Below are positions 56,920 to 64,000 of a DNA stretch of 64,000 nucleotides, in pieces; position 1 is the first letter of the stretch, and each line of letters opens with the position of its first letter. Under the pieces are notes generated by a model. The model was given only the letters and a program-made list of their open reading frames with translations. It made no database searches and had not been told where the DNA came from. The position numbers were made by a program, and so were the translations under genes. The DNA comes from Octopus vulgaris (taxonomy: Eukaryota): the NCBI GenBank assembly GCA_951406725.2, contig OX597821.1, positions 79,918,001 to 79,982,000 on the forward strand. The letters are read 5' to 3'.

Positions 56920-57257
56920 AACGTAAAGTATACTAGCCATCTCAATATGGCTAACCACTAAGGGTGGGTGTTACTGTCGCTTTTAGCCCCAGGAGATCAT
57001 CGTCTTTATGTGCCCTTATGATATTCGCAAATTACCGGTGATTACCGTACGTTGACGAGAGGCAAGAACCTCGAAACTATAGTCCGTGCGTATCACTTAG
57101 GTTTACGAGAGGGGATGACCTCCCTTTGCGAATATCATAAGAGCACAGAAAGTGTGTCTAAAGCCAGCTGGAGACGTTGATCTCCTGGTGCTAAAAGCTT
57201 CAGTAACACCCACCCTTAGTGGTTAGCCATATTGAGATGGCTAGTATACTTTACGTT
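56920..57257. mobile_element. Fold-back element with a hammerhead in its central loop, between (TA)n runs
   Basis: Outer arms aacgtaaagtatactagccatctcaatatggctaaccactaagggtgggtgttactg and its reverse complement; inner arms gtgcccttatgatattcgcaaa / tttgcgaatatcataagagcac. Confidence 0.85.
57046..57090 (+). ncRNA. Minimal type I hammerhead (C3U variant)
   Basis: cgtacg-TTGACGA-gagg[caagaa]cctc-GAAA-ctatag-TC-cgtgcg; stem I extends through gtgat/atcac. Confidence 0.8.
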
Positions 57258-57317
57258 ATATATATATATTTATACATACATGTGTACATACATACATACA
57301 TACATACATACATACAT

Positions 57318-57352
<35 letters not shown>

Positions 57353-57593
57353 AATGAATACACATATTTACACAATTTGTAATACCTAAAATAAATTGTT
57401 TGTTTACCTGAAAATCTAAACAAAAGCCTTTCCCCTTGCGAGGAAAAAATAAAAAGCAAAAAACAAAAATAATAAAACAACACACACACATCCACATCCA
57501 CACACACACATACACACACACACACACATACACACACTATTGTAAGAAAAGCAACATCAAAAAAGACATTAAAAAAAAAAACGGGAAGCATAC

Positions 57594-57704
57594 CGAAATA
57601 GACACCCGTAAAGTACCCCCTGAACCTCCTGCCACCCGGTTTTGAAAATTGATGTAACGAAACAAGAAGCAAGTTGTTTGGCAGATTCGTTAATTTCCTC
57701 ACAC
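57594..57704 (-). CDS. Candidate 111-bp symmetric exon of an unidentified gene
   Basis: Acceptor cttttcccaaatgtctgtcAG and donor G|GTatgc; length is a multiple of 3; two open frames; complex sequence amid repeats. No protein family recognised. Confidence 0.4.
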
Positions 57705-57871
57705 CTGACAGACATTTGGGAAAAGAATCACACCATTATTGTTGTTAATGATCTTTCGGTTGCTGTTGATGTTATTCGTAATGTTTTTGTTGTTGTTGTC
57801 GTCGTCGTTCTGCTAGTGTGGTAACAGGCAGGGGGGGGGCAATGCGGTTATTGACGTTGGAGGGGTACGAG

Positions 57872-57970
57872 CAAATGAAGTCATCAGAACTAAGTGTTAT
57901 TTTGTTGCAGTTATTCATGCTGTTTTCATTGTTCTGTAGACGTAGTAGTAGTAGTAGTTGCAGCAGCAGC

Positions 57971-58009
<39 letters not shown>

Positions 58010-58970
58010 TGTTGTTGTTGTTGACATTGTGTTCTAACGGTGACGGGAGCATCAGTAGGTGGCGGTGGAAGAGAAGTGTTTGTAATGAAGTCATCTCAGC
58101 TGAGTGCCATGTAGATTTTGCTATTGTTGTTGTTGTTGTTGCAGCAGTGTGGCATCAACGGCAGCGGTTTTAGTGGTGGTGGTCGCAGTTGCAATGGTTC
58201 TGGCGGTTATAATGCTAGTGGCGCAGGTGGTAGTAGAGGTACCACGGAAGTTCTAGTAATAAAGCTGTCACAGCTAAGCATTACGTTGTTCATGTTTCAG
58301 TGTTATTTTGCTGCATCAGTTGTAGCAACAGTAGGTAGTGTCATATGTGGACGGACGGTGGTTGGTAGAGGTGGTAGAGACGGCGGTGGTGGTGATGATG
58401 GTGGTGGTGGTAGTGATGGTGGTAGTAGAATTTGTGGTAGAACAGTAGAAGTGATAAAGTCCTCGGAATTGAACATTATCTTGTGGCAGTGTGATAAAAG
58501 TGGTATGGAAAAAGTGTTGGCTTTGGTGATGATAGATTTGTAGTGTTGGTGGTAGTGTTTGAAGTGGTGTTGGCAGTGATGATGATGACAAAGAGACGGT
58601 AAACGATGAAGCCCTCTAACTACACATTAACTTGTTGTTGTTGTTGTAGCAGTGTGGGATGAGTGGTGTGGGAAACGGTACGTGATGGTAGTTGTAGCGA
58701 TGGCGGCGTTTGCGAGCGGAGGTGGAGGCGGTGGCAATGGCGATGATGGGAAAAAAGTGGCAAGCAAATGAAGTCCTCACAACTTAGCGTCAGTTTGTTA
58801 TTGTTGCTGTTGTTGTTAGTGTTGTAACGTTGTAACGGCGGTAGCAGAGGTGGGTGGGGGTGGTAGCATTATCATCAAGAGGAGGAGGAGGAGGAGGATG
58901 TGGTGGTGGTGGAAGGTAAGGGAAGAAATGCTTGTAATGAAACCATCAGAACTAAGTACTGTGTTGTTTA
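57872..58970. repeat. Seven degenerate ~33-bp motifs spaced 150-210 bp apart by GTT/GGT low-complexity DNA
   Basis: Motifs like atgaagtcatcagaactaagtgttattttgttg start at 57875, 58085, 58259, 58454, 58606, 58768 and 58937. Confidence 0.75.
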
Positions 58971-59604
58971 CATAGAAATAATGATCAGAATGCGACCGCT
59001 GTGCCGCCGCCGCCGCCGCGCCGCCGTCACAAGGCTTCCTGCGGTGCGTCTCATACTTAAATAGCCAAGCAACTGATGAAATGGACGGGTGGTATCATAC
59101 TAGTTATTGTTGTTGTTGCTGTTGTGGGTCATGATGGTGGTGGTGTTTGTGGTGGTGATTATGGTAGTCGCGATGATGGTGATGTTTATGGTGGTGGTGG
59201 TTACGGTTGAGATGGTGGTGGCGGCGGCTGTGGCTGGTAGAGGTGCTAGTGATGGTGGTAGTGGTAATGTCTGTGGTGGCGATAGCGGTGGTGGTGATGA
59301 GGGTGGTAGTGGTGGTGATGGCGGTGTCTTATTGGTTATTCCTATTGTTTGGTTGTATTGTTTATTGTTGTTGTTGATGATGATGATGTGAAAATGGTTG
59401 TGTTGCTATTCTCGGTTTAATCCCAGGCCAACTCTGATCGGGCAGATCAGTAACCAGAGGTATTCCACCCATGATCACCCCATCCTACTTCCATACATGG
59501 TGCCTCTAGAACCACACGATGCATTGCTTCATATCATCTGACCTCTGTCTTGATTCGTTTTTTTTTTTTCTGAAGGAGTGATTTCGGAGAGATTTTGACT
59601 GTAT

Positions 59605-59988
59605 GGCGCAGGAGTGGCCGTCTGGTAAGTAGCTTGCTTACCAACCACATGGTTCTGGGTTCAGTCTCACCGTGTGACACCTTGGGCAAGTGTCCTCTAC
59701 TATAGCCTCGGGCCGATCAAAGCCTTGTGAGAGCATTTAGTAGATGGAAACTGAAAGAAGCCCGTCGTATATATGTATATGTGTGTGTTTGTGTGTCCCT
59801 TCAACATCGCTTGACAACCGATGCTGATGTGTTTACGTCCCCGTAACTTAGCGGTTCGGCAAAACAGACCGATAGAATAAGTACTAGGCTTACAAAGAAT
59901 AAGTCCTGTGGTCGATTTGCTCGACTAAAGGCAGTGCTCCAGTATGGCCGCTGTCAAATGACTGAAACAAGAAAAAGAGTAAAAGAGT
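59605..59988 (+). mobile_element. SINE family B, full length
   Basis: Match to 2171-2560. Confidence 0.88.
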
Positions 59989-60758
59989 ATGTTTTAGCAG
60001 GTCAAGCATTGGCTCAACGATAATGGTGCTTATGATGATGGTGGGAGTGGTGGTAACTCCAGTGATGGGCAGTGTTCGGCGGCGGAGGATGGTAGTATAT
60101 GTGGTGGTGTTGACGATGATGGTTGTGATGATTGAGGTACTGGTAATGGTGGTGGGGATAGAGCTGGTAGTGGTGATGGCGGTGACGGCGTTATCATAAT
60201 CATGTTAAGTGATTCAACAGAATCCTCTGTTATATGTGGCTGTTTGTATTTGCACACGTGATGTCTGTATGTGTTTATGTGTCACTGAGATGTGTTTGAA
60301 TGTGTACTGCGTATATGTATATGAATGAATACGAATTTGTGTACATGTATGCGTGTGTATGTGTGTATGTATGCATGTATGTATATATGTATTTGTGTAT
60401 GCATGTAAGCATGCATGTGTGTAACACATACACACAAACACACATACGCGCACACACACAAACACACACATAACTAAAGAAAAGTACCCGAAATTAATGG
60501 TTCTCACACGCCATCGATACTCCAAGTTTCTAACACCTTATTATATCTCTTTTACTCTTTTACTTGTTTCTATCATTTGACTGCGGCCATGCTGGAGCAC
60601 TGCCTTTAGTCAAGCAAATCGACCCCAGGACTTATTCTTCGTAAACCTAGTACTTATTCTATCGGTCTCTTTTGCCGAACCGCTAATGTTACGGGGATGT
60701 AAACACACCACCATCGGTTGTCAAGCGATGTCAGAGGTACAAACACAGACACACAAAT

Positions 60759-60825
<67 letters not shown>

Positions 60826-60836
60826 TACGACAGGCT

Positions 60837-62072
60837 GGATCTTTTCAATTCTGAAGCCAGGACCACAGATCTTTCTACTTAACTAAATAATCTGAAACTT
60901 CGTATGCTGATAGAGTCTAGCAAAACAAGACACAGGTTGGAACTAGTTTATTTGAGAAAAATCTATTTTATGACTTTAATCGTAGATTAAAACTGCGAAT
61001 TTTAACCAATCAGATTGTTTGTTTTCATGTGTAAAACTTGACTGCATTCTATTAGTGTGACGTAGAAAGCGCTTTTGTGACGTACTAACTTTTCGGAAAA
61101 CTGTAAACAAACACGGCAGACGAAATACTTTTATTTTTTTACATAAGTAATGAGAGCGAAAGAGACTAAGAGGAAGCGATTTTATGACGAGGGAAGTTTG
61201 TCTTTGAAGTTACCGTCTAGGGCAGGGGTGGGCAAACTTTTTTTGAACCTTGGCGGGCCTCATTTATAAAAATCAAGTGAAAATATTGTGAATTACCGTA
61301 CAGTTACGAAGTATCTGCATAGAAGTTGAGATTCATAAAAGCTCTCGGCGGGCCGCATGAAAACCTGTGGCGGGCCGCATGCGGCCCGCGGGCCGTAGTT
61401 TGCCCACCCCTGGTCTAGGGGAAGCATTGATGTACATGTGTGTGTGTGTGTGTGTTTGATGGGGTGTGGGAGACAGTATGTTGTGTAAGTGAAGTGCTTC
61501 TGTTAGTGTGTGTGAAGAGACAGAGAGAGTAATGTGTGAAAGAGAGAGATAACTGAAATTTTTACTCGGTGTATGTGTATATGTATGTCTGCATGTATGT
61601 GTGTGTGTGTATGTATCTATGTATGTATGGCCAATTCATCGTAATTACGATTACGATGAATCGGCTATACATACATACACACACACACATACATACACAC
61701 ACACACATACTTACACATACATACACACACACATACATGCAGACATACAGAATGGAAACATTTTCAATTTAATACATGTGGCTTATTAACTAGTTTTAAA
61801 TATTGTTATTAGACTTGTTTACATTTAAGATGTTAAATACGTCACGAAATTGGTGGTCGAGTGGGAGTAAATAAAATAAAGCCGAATGACGGAATATCAT
61901 TGGTTAAAATTCTAATTATTAAACAACGTTAAACTTAGAAGTTACAATTCCGTTTTCATTCTGGTTTACAATTAAGTTTACTTTTGACACATTCTACCAG
62001 TATACGAAGTTTCAAATTGTTTGGTTCAGTAGGAAAAATTTGAAAAAACTGGCCTCAAAATAGAAAAGATCC
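60837..62072. mobile_element. Non-autonomous DNA transposon with GG-starting TIRs and 8-bp TSD (Merlin-like)
   Basis: TIRs ggatcttttcaattctgaagccag / ctggcctcaaaatagaaaagatcc, extending imperfectly for about 85 bp; TSD gacaggct at 60829-60836 and 62073-62080. Confidence 0.8.
61223..61412. mobile_element. hAT (Charlie-like) MITE
   Basis: 16-bp TIR caggggtgggcaaact / agtttgcccacccctg; perfect 8-bp TSD gtctaggg; gcgggccg subterminal repeats. Confidence 0.93.
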
Positions 62073-62569
62073 GACAGGCTTCTATTATTTTCCGTCTACC
62101 AAATTCACTCACAAGGCTTTGGTCAGCCTGAGGCTATAGTAGAAGACACGTGCCCAAGGTGCCACGCAGTGGGAATGAACCCAGAACCATGTGGTTGGTA
62201 AGCAAGCTACATACCATACAGCCACTCCTGCGCCTATCTAACGAGAAATTTCGCGTAGCGTCGGAATGTAGCATCAACTCCGAGGATAGGCCGATACAAC
62301 ATAATAGCGATGCTGCAGGCTTTATCATTAGAACGCTGAGACTTGGAACAGATATCTGAAGGGTCCATCTTACGCATTAATTACTTAAGGATTAAGGGTA
62401 AAGACCCTCTTCGGTCACAAATGAGCATGGGGTTGCAAGGTTGTTTATGGGTGATCAGCAGTCGCCCATTCATACCTGTCTTCCCTCTCCGCGCCACTGA
62501 TGTTGTCCAAGGGAAAAGCAAAGACCCATACAGCTTCGCACTAGTGATGTTGCGACTCATTTCTAAAGA

Positions 62570-62700
62570 TGAGTGAACTGGAGCAACGTGAAATAAAGTG
62601 TCTTGCTTAAGAACACAACATACAAACCAGTTCGAGAATCGAACTCACTACCCCACGATTTTAAACCCGATGCTCTAACCACTGAGCCATGCGCTTTCAC
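62570..62700 (-). mobile_element. SINE family C-like 5' part
   Basis: Minus strand reads gcgcatggctcagtggttagagcatcggg...gagttcgattctcg...aagcaagacactttatttcacgttgctccag. Confidence 0.75.
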
Positions 62701-63015
62701 ACAATCACTTAAGGACATATATTTTTATTGACACCGAATGAATAAAAAGTAAAGTCGATCCTTTATGGATTTTGAACGGAATTAGTTTACTCACGTGTAT
62801 GCTAAGTACCATTTTGATGTATATCTATAAGCTGCCGTCGCTTGGTGGTCAGTGGGCTTATTCAGACACTGACGATGTCTAATGAAGCAGAAACTATGGG
62901 AATTGTTCTCCTGTCTATGATGTTTTACTGAGGATATGGGGTACATAGTCAAAATACATCACAAACCAACAGGACTCTATATGCTATAAAAATTCAAAAA
63001 ATAAATTTCTTTATA

Positions 63016-63545
63016 GGTACTGGCATGGCTGTGCGGCTTGTGAGCTCGCTTTGCATTCCCGTGGTTTCTGACCCAGTCCCATTAAGCAGCGCCCAGAGAA
63101 AATGTATTCTACTGACCAACACCTTATGTATGAATTTGGTCGACAGAGTTTATATGGAAGCCCATCATATGTATAAATATATGTATATTTTTATTAATAT
63201 TTGGCGGAAGCAACAGAGTGACTCAAGGTCTGAGAGTTTCCTGCGTTGGCTCTTATGACTCTCGAACCTAGAGTCACTCTCTGGCTTTCGCTAAATATTA
63301 ACAATTAGTCTTATTTTTCCTGTTTGCATCACCGTACCTATAAATATATGTATAAATTTTTATGTGTGTATGTCTCTATGTCTGTGTTACTCCTTAACCG
63401 ATTCTTGACAACTAGTATTGGTTTGTTTACGTCCCTGTAAATGAATGGTTCGGCAAGAAAGACCGATAGAATAAGTGTCAAACTGAAAAAAAAAAAGAAC
63501 TGGAGTCAATTTAACCGGCTAAACCCTTCTAGGAGATGCCCCAGC
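63016..63545 (+). mobile_element. Old SINE family B copy with an internal hairpin insert
   Basis: Degenerate head; tail tgtttacgtccctgtaa...ggttcggcaagaaagaccgatagaataag. Confidence 0.6.
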
Positions 63546-64000
63546 AAGATAACAGATAAACAGGATATGTGTGTATTCACAATAACACACATACACTAAC
63601 ACACTCAGGCGCTCGCATACACAAGCATGTAGCAATATTCAAATTATGTCTTGCTAGTCGATAATATGCAAGAATTCCTCATAAAATTACTGGAATCGAT
63701 ATAATCTACACTCACCCATCTACTTTCTTCCTTTGTGAAAGAAATCATCATTGTTTTAACAGTTTATATTTTGGTGTTTATTCTGAACATTTGGGAGGCA
63801 GGAAACCGCTGACTCCAACTTATATAAAACATCCTTTAATATAAACCATTCCACTTTCGTATTCTTTGTTGTATTATTGTCTGGAATATATCAGCCTCTT
63901 CCCAGCTTAATCAAACTGTAACTTGAAAACATATCTTCATCTCAAGTGTAAGCTTGTACTTATTTTATCTTAATTTTGAAGAGTTCTTCTCGTACAGTCG

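Larger units (their letters stand above)
60548..62235 (-). mobile_element. SINE family B split by a DNA transposon
   Basis: 3' half at 60548-60836 and 5' half at 62073-62235; the halves join at a duplicated gacaggct. Confidence 0.85.

Noticed and set aside
57872-58970. CRISPR-like repeat/spacer appearance
   Set aside because: Eukaryotic context, very degenerate repeats, 120-180 bp low-complexity spacers and no cas genes.
62869-62905. CTGACGA...GAAActatgg hammerhead-like motif
   Set aside because: No UH cleavage site and no stem I partner.

Overview
AT-rich, repeat-saturated eukaryotic non-coding DNA, most likely intronic or intergenic. It looks like a cephalopod (Octopus-type) genome; this is inferred from the SINE families and microsatellite load. 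No intact cellular gene was recognised, and nearly all listed ORFs are microsatellite translations. Conventional content: three tRNA-derived SINE families, a full-length but dead Tc1 transposon, CR1-, RTE-, Tx1- and R4/Dong-like LINE remnants, two Helitron-like elements, hAT, mariner and Merlin-like non-autonomous DNA elements, and one candidate 111-bp exon. The main discovery is a dense set of minimal type I hammerhead ribozymes (CUGAnGA...GAAA...NUH) carried by at least 7 unrelated non-coding elements. Most of these elements are fold-back structures lodged in (TA)n or other microsatellites. The best case is a 3.4-kb head-to-head array of near-identical 534-bp units (37146-40511) with one hammerhead per full unit (6 copies), whose inversion point falls about 7 nt after the predicted cleavage site. 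This fits a Penelope-mobilised, retrozyme-like system able to yield 534-nt linear or circular RNAs. All calls were made by eye; no database searches or folding programs were run.
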